A stretch of 64,000 nt of DNA, from positions 128,001-192,000 of the forward strand of contig CAXXDN010000001.1 of the NCBI GenBank assembly GCA_963667465.2. Direction: 5' to 3'. Positions 1-10,211 of this stretch are shown piece by piece. The translations under genes and the position numbers were made by a program. This DNA comes from Dehalococcoidia bacterium (GTDB taxonomy: Bacteria; Chloroflexota; Dehalococcoidia; UBA2979). Each line of letters starts with the position of its first letter. The first letter of the stretch is position 1. The notes below the pieces were generated by a model that saw nothing but the letters and a program-made list of their open reading frames with translations, ran no database searches and had not been told where the DNA came from.

Positions 1-202
1 GCACCACCGGCACGCGGTGCCGGCTTGCGATCTCGACCGCCGCCGCGACCTCCTCGGCGCTGCCGGGGAGCACAACCGCGTCGGGACGCGCGCGCTCGAT
101 CGTCGCGTCGTATTCGTAGCCGATGAGATCCTCGGGCAGGTGCAGGACGTGCGCCTCGCCGAGGGCGTCCTGCAGCTCGCGGATCAGCGCCTCGTTCGCC
201 AT
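1..202 (-). CDS. FAD-binding oxidoreductase, glycolate oxidase GlcD-like (5' part only, runs off the window)
   Basis: Manual translation MANEALIRELQDALGEAHVLHLPEDLIGYEYDATIERARPDAVVLPGSAEEVAAAVEIASRHRVPVV matches an FAD_binding_4 N-terminus. TAGACT -10 lies 6 nt upstream of the ATG. Confidence 0.8.
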   Translation of the reverse strand, partial: MANEALIRELQDALGEAHVLHLPEDLIGYEYDATIERARPDAVVLPGSAEEVAAAVEIASRHRVPVV

Positions 203-251
203 GCAGCGAGTCTAGCACCGGACGGTGTTGCGCCCTCTCACGCGGTGCGGG

Positions 252-650
252 CGCTCGCCATGCTGACTCCCGGCCTCCGAATCCCCTCTCCCCCGGCGGG
301 AGAGGGTGACGGTGAGGGGGACTCCGGCGCAGCCGGAGCACACGAGCACCGATGGGGCTACGCCCGCACGCCCGCCTTCCGCAACGCTCCGGGTATCCGG
401 CTCCTTTCCCCGAGGGCGAGGGCGAGGGTGAGGACGCTCGCCATGCTGACTCCCGGCCTCCGATCCCCTCTCCCCCCGGCGGGAGAGGGCGAGGGTGAGG
501 GGGACTCCGGCGCAGCCGGAGCACGCGACCACCGGTGGGGGTGAGGGCGCACGCCATGCGAACTCCCGGCTCGATGGTTCGGACCGCCCTCCCAGGAGCC
601 CACGAGCATGACGTGCAAGAGACAGTGAAGTAGGGACTCCGGCGCAGCCC
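252..650. repeat. Cluster of REP-like palindromic repeats (two ~105-bp units plus fragments)
   Basis: CGCTCGCCATGCTGACTCCCGGCCTCCGA..CCCCTCTCCCCCGGCGGGAGAGGG..GGTGAGGGGGACTCCGGCGCAGCCGGAGCAC occurs at ~252-357 and ~435-540. Partial copies lie at ~395-433, 551-570 and 633-650. Confidence 0.85.
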
Positions 651-1678
651 TACCCGCCCGCGAGGCCCGGACCGGCCACCTCGCCGGCGGCGGTCACGAC
701 GACGTCGGCGTAACTACCGCCGCTCAGCCGCGCGCCCGGCTCGACGAGGGCGCGGATGAGCTCGGCGTCCTCGATCGCGGCGTTCGCGCCGACGACCGTC
801 TCCGCGAGGCTGCAGCCCTCGACCGTCGCGCGCGCGCCGATCAGCGCGGGGCCGGCGATGCGCGATTCGCGGACGCGCGCGCCGTCCGCAACGACCACCG
901 CGCCGCTGACCTCGTTGCCGACTGCGGCGAGGGCGGACGAGTCGCCGCCCGCGATACCCGGCAACAGGCGCGACTGGGCGTGCAGCAGCCCCTCGAGCGT
1001 GCCGCCGTCGAGCCACTCGCCGTCGAGTGTCCAGCCGCGCAGGTCGCGGCCCTCCTCGAGCAGCAGCGCGACGGTCGCCGTAAGGTCGGACTCGCCCCTG
1101 GCGTTGATGAACGGGTTGGTGCGCACGCGCTCGACGGCCTCCGGCGCGAGCAGCCAGAGCCCGACCAGCGCGAGGTCGGAGCGCGGCTGCTCCGGCTTCT
1201 CCTCGAGGTCCAGGATCCGATCGCCCTCGAGCAACGCGACCCCGAAGGCGCGAGGATCCGCGACGGCCTGCAGCAGCAGCCCGGCGGTCGCATCCGACTC
1301 CCCGAAGCGCCGCAGCAGCTCCGGATCGGCGCCGCTCAGCACCGTGTCGACGGCCAGCACGGCGACCGTGCGGTCCTCGAGCGCCGCGCCGACCGAGGCG
1401 ACGGCGTCGCCGGGCCCATTCGGCTCGCGCTGCACGGCCTCGGAAACCGCGACGCCCGGCGGCGCGTGGCTGCGCGCGACCTCGGCGGTCGTCGCGTCCT
1501 CCGGCCCGACGACGACGGCGATCTCGCGCAAGCCGAGCGAGGCGAGCAGGTCGAGGGCGTAGCCGATCAGCGGCCGGTTGAGCAGCGGGACGAGCGGCTT
1601 CGGTGTATGCGGCGTGAGCGGACGCAGCCGCGTCCCCAGCCCCGCCGTCAGCACCACCCCGAGCGGCTCCCGCGCCAT
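650..1678 (-). CDS. Sugar-phosphate nucleotidyltransferase (glucose-1-phosphate thymidylyltransferase-like) with C-terminal hexapeptide-like repeats
   Basis: AGLGTRLRPLT..PKPL and EEKP motifs. Start MAREPL follows GGAGG. Confidence 0.85.
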   Translation of the reverse strand: MAREPLGVVLTAGLGTRLRPLTPHTPKPLVPLLNRPLIGYALDLLASLGLREIAVVVGPEDATTAEVARSHAPPGVAVSEAVQREPNGPGDAVASVGAALEDRTVAVLAVDTVLSGADPELLRRFGESDATAGLLLQAVADPRAFGVALLEGDRILDLEEKPEQPRSDLALVGLWLLAPEAVERVRTNPFINARGESDLTATVALLLEEGRDLRGWTLDGEWLDGGTLEGLLHAQSRLLPGIAGGDSSALAAVGNEVSGAVVVADGARVRESRIAGPALIGARATVEGCSLAETVVGANAAIEDAELIRALVEPGARLSGGSYADVVVTAAGEVAGPGLAGG

Positions 1679-1922
1679 CGTCCGCCCTCCTCCACCGCAG
1701 CATGGCACCGCGGGGCGAGCGCGTCGAATGCGGGGTGGGGTCGGGCTTAACGGGGTGCATGCGCGCAATGGCGATGATGCCCGCACTAGCGGACAGCCTC
1801 CCGGCGGCGCTCCCCGCATCGCCCAGCGACTTCCAGGAGGCGGAATGAATGCGGAGTCCGGGAGCGAGCACGGGGACACGCCGCTGCTATCCTGGACGGG
1901 TCCGCACATGGAGGCGCCCGCC

Positions 1923-2138
1923 ATGGTGACCCGCCGCGACGCCGAGGAGATCGCCCGCCTCGGCGACACGATCTGCCAGCGCGACATCCGGAGCGAGGTC
2001 GAGGACGCCCACGACGGAGATTTCGTCGCCATCGATGTCGAAAGCGGAAGCTGGGCTCTTGCGGGGAGCGAGCTTGATGCAGCGGAGCGCCTGCGGGAGC
2101 GTCAGCCGGACGGCGGCAAGTCCACGCGCCCCACATAG
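1923..2138 (+). CDS. Small hypothetical protein (DUF5678-like), probably C-terminally truncated
   Basis: GGAGG at 1910-1914 precedes MVTRRDAEEIARLGDTICQRDIRSEVEDAHDGDFVAIDVESGSW, a pattern recalled from small accessory proteins. Confidence 0.5.
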   Translation: MVTRRDAEEIARLGDTICQRDIRSEVEDAHDGDFVAIDVESGSWALAGSELDAAERLRERQPDGGKSTRPT

Positions 2139-2212
2139 CCGCCGCACACCGCGCATCGCGCGAGTCGCTATCATCGCCGCGGCGCCCGGCACGCGGCGCC
2201 GGCGGGGGCGAG

Positions 2213-4624
2213 ATGCTGCTGCGAGGGCTCAACGTCGTCGAGGTGTCAGCGAGCGGGGCTGCCGCGTGGACGGCCACCGGCCTCGCCGACTGGGGCGCGA
2301 ACGTCGTCGTCCTCGAGCCGCCCGAAGGTACGCCGCTGCGCGAGGAGCCACCGTGGTACGAGCGCGACGGCGAGCGCCGCAGCGCAACCTGGCAGTGGCT
2401 CTCGCGCGGCAAGACCGTCGTCGCCGTCGGGCCCGGCCAGGCGACGACGCCCGAGGACGCGCTCGCGCTCTGCCGCGAGGCCGATCTTGTCGTCGCCGAG
2501 CACGAACCGCTGGCCGCGCTGCTCGGCCTCGACCCTTCCGAGCTGCGACCCGCGCTCGAGGGCGAGACCGCCGTCGTGCGCATCGCCGCGTTCGCGCCGG
2601 ACGGGCCGTACGCGCACTACCGCGCGACGGACCTGGGGATCTGCTCGCTGGGCGGCTGGACCGGGATGCTCGGCGCGCCCGACCGCTATCCCCTGCGCCC
2701 GGCGGGCGACCTGGGGACGCGCGCGACGGGCCTGCACGCGCTCGCCGCCTCGCTGGTCGCGCTGCGCCATCGCGAGAGTGGCGCTGCGCCCTCGTTCGTC
2801 GAGGTCTCGGCGCAGGCGGTCGCCGCCTCGCTGCTGACGAGCCCGTGGCTGGCCTGGAGCATGTTCGGGAACTCGGGCTTCCGCCGCGCAGCGAGCTGGC
2901 CGAATGCCTCCGTACGCTGCAAGGACGGCCACGTCGGCATCCTCCCGCTCACCCACCAGCACTGGGCCTCGCTCTGCGAGCTGACCGGCATCGCCGACGT
3001 GCTCGACGAGCCGGGCGGGCGCGAACTGGCCTACCGCCAGCAGCACGGCGCCGAGCTCTGGGAGCGCGTCCGCGGCTGGTACGAGGCGCGCACGCGCGAG
3101 CAGGTCTACATGGCCGGCCAGTCCGTGCGCGTGCCCTCGGGGCCCTGCGACAGCGTCTCGCAGCGCCTGACCGACGAGCACCTCGCAGCGCGCGGCTTCT
3201 TCGAGCGCGCGGTGGTCGACGGGGTGACGCTGCAGGCGCCCCGCGTCCCCTACCGCATCGCCGGAGCGCCGCCGCTACCGCGCGGCGCGGCAGTCGAGGA
3301 GCCACGCGCGAGCTTCGTCGGGGGCGGGGAACCCCCGCACCCTCACCCGCTCCCGCCAGGGGAGCGGGGGCCGGAGGAGGCCGAGCCGCCGACGCTGCCG
3401 CTCGAGGGCGTGCGCGTGATCGACCTGACGTGGTTCTGGTCCGGCCCCCACGCCACGATGAACCTCGGCATGTTCGGGGCCGACGTGATCAAGGTGGAGT
3501 CGGTGAGCCGGCCGGACTCCTACCGCTTCACGGGCAGCGCCGGAGAGGGCGAGCGCCCCTGGGAGCGCAACTACCTCTGGAACGACTCCAACCAGAACAA
3601 GCGCGGACTCACGCTCGACCTCAACACGGAGACCGGGCGAGGGCTCTTCGAGCGGCTGCTGCGCGAAGGCGACGTGGTGATCAGCAACTTCTCCAACCGG
3701 GTGCTGCCCAACCTCGGCTACACCGCGGGGCGTTTGCACGAGATCAACCCGCAGCTGATCAGCGTCACGATGCCGGGCTACGGCCCGGACGGACCATGGG
3801 GCGATTTCGTCGGCTTCGGCAGCACCTTCGAGCAGGCCGTCGTCGGAGCGATGAACGGCTACCCCGATGACGACCAGCCGCGCCTGATCGGCGGCGCCTG
3901 CGACCCGATCGTCGGCATGAACGCCGTCGTCGCCGTGTTGCTGGCGTTGCGCCACCGCGAGCAGTCCGGCCTCGGAACCACGGTCGAGGTGCCGCAGTGC
4001 GAGGCTCTGGACGCGCTGCTCGGGCCGGAGCACGTCGCCGTGCAGCACGGCGCGCCCGACCCCGGCCTGTGCGGCAACAAGCACGACCGCATGGCCCCGC
4101 ACGAGGTCTACGCGACCGCCGGCGAGGACGACTGGATCAGCATCGCCGTCGACGGCGATGAGGAGTTCGCCGCCCTCGCGAGCGCCCTCGGGCAGGCCGG
4201 GTGGGCGGACGACGAGCGCTTCGCGAGCGCCGCGGCGCGCAAGGCCAACGAGGGCGAGCTCGACGAGCTCGTCGCGAACGCCGTGCGCGAGCGCGATGCG
4301 GTCGAGCTGGAAGCGGCGCTGCAGGCGGTGGGGGTGGCAGGCTGCCGCGTGACGCCGCCGCACCAGTTGACGGAGGACGTGGGCCTGCGGCACTTCGGCT
4401 TCTTCCAGGAGCTGACGCGCGAAGTCACCGGCACGCACCTCTACAAGACCTTCCCCTTCCGCTTCAGCGCCTTCCCCGTCGCCCACCGCCGCGTGGCGCC
4501 GCTGCTCGGCGAGCACAACCGCGAGCTGCTGTCCGAACTGCTCGGCCTCGGCGACGACGCGCTCGACGCCCTCGAGGCGACGGGCGAGATCGGCACGCTG
4601 CCGTCCTGGTCGCCGACGCCGTAG
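2213..4624 (+). CDS. Family III CoA-transferase (CaiB/BaiF), tandem double domain
   Basis: Two CoA_transf_3 units: LRGLNVVE..GANVVVLEPPEG and LEGVRVIDLT..GADVIKVES..NKRGLTLDL..APLLGEHN. Confidence 0.92.
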   Translation: MLLRGLNVVEVSASGAAAWTATGLADWGANVVVLEPPEGTPLREEPPWYERDGERRSATWQWLSRGKTVVAVGPGQATTPEDALALCREADLVVAEHEPLAALLGLDPSELRPALEGETAVVRIAAFAPDGPYAHYRATDLGICSLGGWTGMLGAPDRYPLRPAGDLGTRATGLHALAASLVALRHRESGAAPSFVEVSAQAVAASLLTSPWLAWSMFGNSGFRRAASWPNASVRCKDGHVGILPLTHQHWASLCELTGIADVLDEPGGRELAYRQQHGAELWERVRGWYEARTREQVYMAGQSVRVPSGPCDSVSQRLTDEHLAARGFFERAVVDGVTLQAPRVPYRIAGAPPLPRGAAVEEPRASFVGGGEPPHPHPLPPGERGPEEAEPPTLPLEGVRVIDLTWFWSGPHATMNLGMFGADVIKVESVSRPDSYRFTGSAGEGERPWERNYLWNDSNQNKRGLTLDLNTETGRGLFERLLREGDVVISNFSNRVLPNLGYTAGRLHEINPQLISVTMPGYGPDGPWGDFVGFGSTFEQAVVGAMNGYPDDDQPRLIGGACDPIVGMNAVVAVLLALRHREQSGLGTTVEVPQCEALDALLGPEHVAVQHGAPDPGLCGNKHDRMAPHEVYATAGEDDWISIAVDGDEEFAALASALGQAGWADDERFASAAARKANEGELDELVANAVRERDAVELEAALQAVGVAGCRVTPPHQLTEDVGLRHFGFFQELTREVTGTHLYKTFPFRFSAFPVAHRRVAPLLGEHNRELLSELLGLGDDALDALEATGEIGTLPSWSPTP
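3340..3375 (+). repeat. REP-like palindrome embedded in frame in the CaiB inter-domain linker
   Basis: CCCTCACCCGCTCCCGCCAGGGGAGCGGGGGCCGGA resembles the intergenic copies at 5359, 5546 and 11661 and translates as PHPLPPGERGP. Confidence 0.75.
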
Positions 4625-4651
4625 CGGCGAGCGCCGGGGTATCCTCGGGCC

Positions 4652-5272
4652 ATGGTGACGACGACCGACCTGGTGAATCCCGGGCTGAAGGAGTGGGCGG
4701 TCGTCGTGCGCGCGCTGCGCGACGGGCGGCAGATCATCGATCTGCGCAAGGGCGGCATCCGCGAGGAAGGCCACCGCTTCCGCGTGCGCGCCTCGCGCTT
4801 CTGGCTCTACGAGAGCTACGAGCACCAGCGTCCGGAGCTGATCCGCCCCTCGGAGCGCCCGCTCATCGAGGCCGTCGCGGCCTCGGCGCCGCCAACGGGC
4901 GAGTTGCGCGTCGACGCCTGGGCGGAGATCGAGGAGGCGGCGGCGCTGAGCGAGCCGGAACAGGTAGCGGCGCTGGACGGACAGCACATCTGGACCTCGG
5001 ACTACGCCGAGCAGCGCTTCCGCTGGCGCCCGAAGGCGCCGCTGATCGTGCTCGTGCTGCGCGTCCACCGCCTCGCCGAGCCGCTCACCGTGCCGGTACG
5101 CGAGCACTACGCCGGCTGCACCTCGTGGACCCCGATGTCCGACCTCCCGCCCGACCCGCGCGAAGCCGCCTCAACCCCGGTGCTCGACGCCGCCACGTTC
5201 GCGGAGCGCCGCGCCTCTCTGCACGCCGCGCTGCCCGGCATCTCCTTCGGGCCGCCCCGGATCGAGGCATAG
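4652..5272 (+). CDS. DUF1802 family protein
   Basis: LKEWAVVVRAL..GRQIIDLRKGGIRE and Y.GC.SW motifs. Confidence 0.85.
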   Translation: MVTTTDLVNPGLKEWAVVVRALRDGRQIIDLRKGGIREEGHRFRVRASRFWLYESYEHQRPELIRPSERPLIEAVAASAPPTGELRVDAWAEIEEAAALSEPEQVAALDGQHIWTSDYAEQRFRWRPKAPLIVLVLRVHRLAEPLTVPVREHYAGCTSWTPMSDLPPDPREAASTPVLDAATFAERRASLHAALPGISFGPPRIEA

Positions 5273-5358
5273 CAGATCGAGGGGTAGCGCCGGGGAGCGC
5301 CCTCAGAAGCCTCTTGCGCCCTCGGCAGTTCCGCTGCCTTCAGGGTGTGCGCGCCGTT

Positions 5359-5614
5359 CCCCTCACCCCCACCCTCTCTCCCGCCAGGGGAGAGGGGGCC
5401 GGATCGGCCACGACAGTCGCGTGCGCCTGATCGTGCGGATGGGTGGGCGGGAGCGGCGCGCCAGCACACGCTCGTCCGCCGCTCGCCGTGCACGAGCCCA
5501 CGGGGCGCAACCACCGATCGAGGCGGGCGTAGCGCCGGGGCGCCTCCTCACCCCCCCCTCTCCCGCCGGGGGGAGAGGGGGCCGGATTCGCCTCGACAGT
5601 CGCGTGCGCCGATC
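5359..5614. repeat. Two REP-like units between convergent genes
   Basis: CCTCACCCC..CTCTCCCGCC(A/G)GGGGAGAGGGGGCCGGAT..CGACAGTCGCGTGCGCC at 5359-5433 and 5546-5614. Confidence 0.85.
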
Positions 5615-5636
5615 GGAAGCGGGTGGCGGCGGGGTG

Positions 5637-6386
5637 CTAGCCGCCGGTCCAGACGGGGTCGCGCTTCTCGGCGAAGGCCTTCGGGCCCTCCTTCGAGTCC
5701 TCCGAGGCGTGCACGACCTTGCTCACCCAGGCGCCGAGGCGCAGCGCCTCGTCGACCTTCGCCAGCCGCCACTCCTGGATCTGCGCCTTCGTGCCCTCCA
5801 CGGAGAGCGGGGCGTTCTCGATGATTAGCTCGGCGATCTCGATCGCGCGAGGCATCAGCGCCTCCGGCTCCAGCACCTCGGTCACGATGCCCCACTTCAG
5901 CGCCTGCTCCGGCTCGATCCGGTCCGCGGTGAGCAGGATGTAGTTGGCGGCCGAGAGCCCGATCACCCTCGCGAGGTGCTTCGTGGCGTAGCCCGCCATG
6001 ATCCCGCGCTTCGGCTCGAACAGGCCGAAGTAGGACTCCGTCGAGCAGATCCGGATGTCGCAATCGAGCGCGGTCTCCATCCCGCCGCCCACGGCGAGCC
6101 CGTTGATCGCCGCGATGAACGGCTTCGGGTTCCCCGAGTAGGGATAGGTCGCCTCGAATTGCCCCTTGAAGGTGCCCTCGGCCATCTCCCGGAGGTCGCC
6201 TCCGGCGCAGAAGGCGCGCCCGGAGCCGGTCACGATGCCCACGCGCATCTTCGGGTCTTCGGTGAAGTCCTCGACCGCTTCGGTCAGCTGGTTGATCAGC
6301 TCGCCGCCGAGGGCGTTGAGCCGCTCGGGGCGGTTGTAGGTGAAGATCGCGTAGTCGTCGCGCTTGTCGTAGATCAGGTCCGGCAT
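5637..6386 (-). CDS. Enoyl-CoA hydratase/isomerase
   Basis: NRPERLNAL, AFCAGGDL, AAINGLAVGGGME and EGPKAFAEKR motifs. Start MPDLIY follows GAGGAG. Confidence 0.92.
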   Translation of the reverse strand: MPDLIYDKRDDYAIFTYNRPERLNALGGELINQLTEAVEDFTEDPKMRVGIVTGSGRAFCAGGDLREMAEGTFKGQFEATYPYSGNPKPFIAAINGLAVGGGMETALDCDIRICSTESYFGLFEPKRGIMAGYATKHLARVIGLSAANYILLTADRIEPEQALKWGIVTEVLEPEALMPRAIEIAELIIENAPLSVEGTKAQIQEWRLAKVDEALRLGAWVSKVVHASEDSKEGPKAFAEKRDPVWTGG

Positions 6387-6480
6387 CGCCGCAGCTCCTC
6401 GCTCGCGCGCGCAGGGTACCCTGTCGGGGCGGCCAGCGGGCAAGCGCCCGGCACAGGCCGCACGCGGGGCGGGCGAGCAG

Positions 6481-7055
6481 ATGGCTAACTCGGCGAGCGT
6501 AGCGGAGCACCTCGACCTCGAGAGCCTCGAGGCCGGACTCGACGAGATTCGCCGCTCTCCGGCGGACGGCGGCGCGCTGTTGATGATCGTGCGGCGGCCC
6601 GGCATCGACGGACGCGAGGTCGTCGAGGCTGGCAGCCTCGACGTCGCGGCCGGCCTCACCGGGGACAGCTGGCAGGACCGCCCTAGTAGCAGCAGCGCCG
6701 ACGGCGGACCGCATCCCCTCGCGCAGGTGACGATCATCAACTCGCGCATGCTCGACCTCGTGGCGCGGTCGCGGGAGCGCTGGCCGCTCGCGGGCGACCA
6801 GCTCGTCGTCGACCTCGATCTGAGCGCGGAGAACCTCCCGCCCGGGACGCGGCTCTCGATCGGGTCCGCGGTGATCGAGGTGACGGAGAAGCCGCACACC
6901 GGCTGCCTCAAGTTCGCATCGCGCTTCGGCCACGATGCGCTGCGCTTCGTCAGCACCCCGCTGGCCATGGCGCTGCGCCTCCGAGGCGTGAACACCCGTG
7001 TCGTGCAGTCGGGCACGATCCGCGCCGGAGACACGGTCGCCAGGATCGCGGCGCC

Positions 7056-7059
<4 letters not shown>
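6481..7059 (+). CDS. MOSC domain protein
   Basis: AGDQLVVDLDLS..IGSAVIEVT..HTGCLKF..RGVN..G.IRAGD. Confidence 0.85.
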
Positions 7060-7529
<470 letters not shown>

Positions 7530-7589
7530 GCGGCGCGACCCCCTCCAATACGGTGGACATATTGATGCGTGTCTGAGATGCTTTGATGC

Positions 7590-7829
7590 ATGCGAACGAC
7601 GGTGCGCCTTGACGATGTATTGCTGCGGGAGGCAAAGGAGCACGCTGCCCGCAGCGGATGCACGCTCACCGCACTCATTGAGGACGCGTTGCGGCGCGCG
7701 CTCGCCGAGGCGAAGCGCCGCCCCGAACGTCCACCCCCGAACCTTCCTACGTTCCGTGGTGACGGGCTTCAGCCCGGTGTCGATCTCGACGACTCCGCCG
7801 CTCTGCTCGACCTGTTGGAGGGCCGGTGA
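7590..7829 (+). CDS. vapB: VapB-type antitoxin (ribbon-helix-helix)
   Basis: MRTTVRLDDVLL..LIEDALR..PGVDLDD. GTGA overlap with the downstream PIN gene. Confidence 0.85.
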   Translation: MRTTVRLDDVLLREAKEHAARSGCTLTALIEDALRRALAEAKRRPERPPPNLPTFRGDGLQPGVDLDDSAALLDLLEGR

Positions 7830-8257
7830 TTCTCGTCGACGTGAATGTCCTCATCTACGCGCACCGCGAGGACGCCGACCGGCATGACGAGTACGCGAAC
7901 TGGCTCCGGGAACAGGCAACGGCCGAGACCGCCTTCGGGATAAGCGACCTGATCCTGAGTGGCTTCGTTAGAGTCGTGACGCATCCGCGGATCTTCAAGA
8001 CTCCCAGCCCGCTCCCCGCTGCGCTCACCTTCGCGAACTCGCTCCGCGCGCTTCCGAACGCCTTGCCGGTCTCACCGGGTGAGCGCCACTGGGGCATCTT
8101 CACGGGACTCTGCGAGGCGGCCGGCGCCCGGGGGAACCTCGTTCCCGACGCGTACCTGGCGGCCCTCGCAATCGAGTCCGGCGCCGAGTGGATTACCACG
8201 GACCGCGACTTCAGCCGCTTCCCGGGCCTGCGCTGGCGCGGCCCCCTCGCCGGCTAG
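7826..8257 (+). CDS. vapC: VapC PIN-domain toxin
   Basis: ILVDVNVLIYA..VPDAYLAALAIE..TTDRDF. Confidence 0.92.
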   Translation: MILVDVNVLIYAHREDADRHDEYANWLREQATAETAFGISDLILSGFVRVVTHPRIFKTPSPLPAALTFANSLRALPNALPVSPGERHWGIFTGLCEAAGARGNLVPDAYLAALAIESGAEWITTDRDFSRFPGLRWRGPLAG

Positions 8258-8768
8258 AGCCCGGAGCACCCTCGCCCTGCACCGCCAACCCCGCCACCAC
8301 CTCCGCGTTGGCCAGCCGCAGCAGCGCCGCGGGCGCGACGGAGAGCTTCGTCGAGCGGCCGCCGCCGCCCACGATCACCGCGTCGAGGTCCATGACCCGC
8401 TCGTCGATGTAGAGCGGGAGGCCGGCGGGCAGGCCGAACGGGGTGACGCCGCCGATCAGCATTCCGGTCAGCTCGCGCGTCTGCTCGGGCGATGCGAACG
8501 AGGCCTTGCGTACGCCCAACAGCGGGCGCACCGCGTGGTTGACGTCGAGCCGCGTGGTCGCCAGCACCACGCAGGCGCAGTAGCGCAGCTCGCCGCGCCT
8601 GGAGACGACGATGATCGTGTTGCCGGAGGTCTCCGGCGGGTAGCCGTAGTGCTCGCAGAACGCTGCCGTGTCCGCCAGCTCCGGATCCACCTCGATCAGC
8701 TCGTAGGGCTCGCCGAGGGCCTCGAGCGCCGCGAGGGCGCGCGCCGCCGGGTCGTCGTTCGATGTCAT
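8211..8768 (-). CDS. YbaK/EbsC aminoacyl-tRNA deacylase family protein
   Basis: LADTAAFC..RKASFA..TGMLIGGVTPFG..GGGRS.K. The 3' end overlaps vapC by 47 nt. Confidence 0.85.
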   Translation of the reverse strand: MTSNDDPAARALAALEALGEPYELIEVDPELADTAAFCEHYGYPPETSGNTIIVVSRRGELRYCACVVLATTRLDVNHAVRPLLGVRKASFASPEQTRELTGMLIGGVTPFGLPAGLPLYIDERVMDLDAVIVGGGGRSTKLSVAPAALLRLANAEVVAGLAVQGEGAPGSSRRGGRASAGPGSG

Positions 8769-8861
8769 CGCTCGCTCCCCTCGCTCCACCGTCGTGCCCC
8801 GGCGCGTTGCGCAGTAGAGCGCATGTGCTACTCTTCTCGCCCAAACTCACCAGGAGGAATC

Positions 8862-9308
8862 ATGCCAGACGTTCAGCCCATCCCGGACGGTTACACCGCG
8901 ATCACGCCCTACCTCGTCGCCGAGGACGCGTCGGGCCTGATCGACTTCCTGACGAACGCCTTCGGCGCCGTCGAGCGCATGCGCATGCCCATGCCCGACG
9001 GCTCCGTCGCCCACGCCGAGGTCGAGATCGGCGGCGCAGCGGTGATGCTCGGCTCCGCGATGCCCCCCGAGTTCCCGCCCACCCAGGCGCAGATCCACCT
9101 CTATGTCGAGGATGTCGACGCTGTCTACGCCCAGGCCGTGAGCGCGGGCGCCACCGCCGTGGCCGAGCCTGAGGACCACTTCTACGGCGAGCGCATCGGT
9201 CGCGTCCTCGATCCCGGCGGCAACGCCTGGTCGATCGCCACGCATGTCGAGAACGTCACGCCCGAGCAGATGGCGGAGCGCATGGCTCAGCTGATGGGCG
9301 AAGGCTAG
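8862..9308 (+). CDS. VOC/glyoxalase (PhnB-like) protein
   Basis: AGGAGG RBS. PDGYTAITPYL..HAEVEIG..FYGER.GRV.DP.GN.W. Confidence 0.9.
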   Translation: MPDVQPIPDGYTAITPYLVAEDASGLIDFLTNAFGAVERMRMPMPDGSVAHAEVEIGGAAVMLGSAMPPEFPPTQAQIHLYVEDVDAVYAQAVSAGATAVAEPEDHFYGERIGRVLDPGGNAWSIATHVENVTPEQMAERMAQLMGEG

Positions 9309-10171
9309 TCGCCGGCCGGCGGCGCCGCCTCCATGAACTCGCGCAGCGCGTTGATGTGATCGTCCGGCGTGGCGAGCCCTGCGTCCATGGTGAGCACATG
9401 GACGCCGTCCGCGCCCGCTGCCTCCAGGCGATCGGCGTACGCCACTCGCTCGTCGGGGCTGCCGTGATGAGAGATGGATCCGCAGATCCCAACCTCTGCA
9501 GGGTCGCGACCCGCCCGCTCCGCCGCCTCGCGGATCGCCTCGACGCTGCCAGCGAAGCCAGCGATGTCGCCGCGCCCGGCGACCCAGCCGTCGCCGATGC
9601 GCCCGATGCGGTCGAGCACGACCGGCGCGGTACCGCCCATCCAGATCGGGATCAGGCGACCGGGCCGCGGGTTGATGCCCGCGGCCGGGATGTGGTCGAA
9701 GTCGCCCTCGAACTCCACGAGCGGCTCCGACCAGAGCCGCCGCAGCAGCCCGACCTGCTCCTCGAGGCGCCGCCCGCGCGTGTGGAAGTCCTCGCCCAGC
9801 GACTCGTACTCGAGGTAGTTCCAGCCGCTGCCGACGCCGAGGACCAACCGCCCGCCGCTCAGGATGTCCACCACCGCCGTCTGCTTGGCGACCAGCGCTG
9901 TCTGGCGTTGCGGCAGGATCACCACGCCACTCACCAGCTCGATCCGCTCGGTCAGGCCAGCGAGGTAGGCGAAGAGCGCCAGCGGCTCGTGGAAGCTGCT
10001 CTCGTACGTGTAGGGCCAGCGGCCCTCGCGACCCTCGGGGTCGGCGCCGAGCACGTGGTCGTAGGCGAGCAGGTAGTCGTAGCCGAGGCTTTCGACCGCC
10101 TGCGCGTAGTCGCGGATCGCGATCGGGTCGGTTCCGATCTCGGTCTGGGGGAAGACTGCTCCGTAGCGCAT
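9305..10171 (-). CDS. LLM-class F420-dependent oxidoreductase
   Basis: FPQTEIG, YDHVLG, ILPQRQTALVAKQ and SGGRLVLGVG.GWN motifs. Confidence 0.88.
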   Translation of the reverse strand: MRYGAVFPQTEIGTDPIAIRDYAQAVESLGYDYLLAYDHVLGADPEGREGRWPYTYESSFHEPLALFAYLAGLTERIELVSGVVILPQRQTALVAKQTAVVDILSGGRLVLGVGSGWNYLEYESLGEDFHTRGRRLEEQVGLLRRLWSEPLVEFEGDFDHIPAAGINPRPGRLIPIWMGGTAPVVLDRIGRIGDGWVAGRGDIAGFAGSVEAIREAAERAGRDPAEVGICGSISHHGSPDERVAYADRLEAAGADGVHVLTMDAGLATPDDHINALREFMEAAPPAGD

Positions 10172-10211
10172 TGCCGCTCCTTATGCTCCTCGTTCCGGGT
10201 TTGTCCGGCGC

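Noticed and set aside
252-650. Possible CRISPR array
   Set aside because: The units are ~105 bp, degenerate and irregularly spaced, and no cas genes are present. They fit REP-like repeats.
7590-8257. vapBC pair as a novel system
   Set aside because: It is an ordinary type II toxin-antitoxin module.
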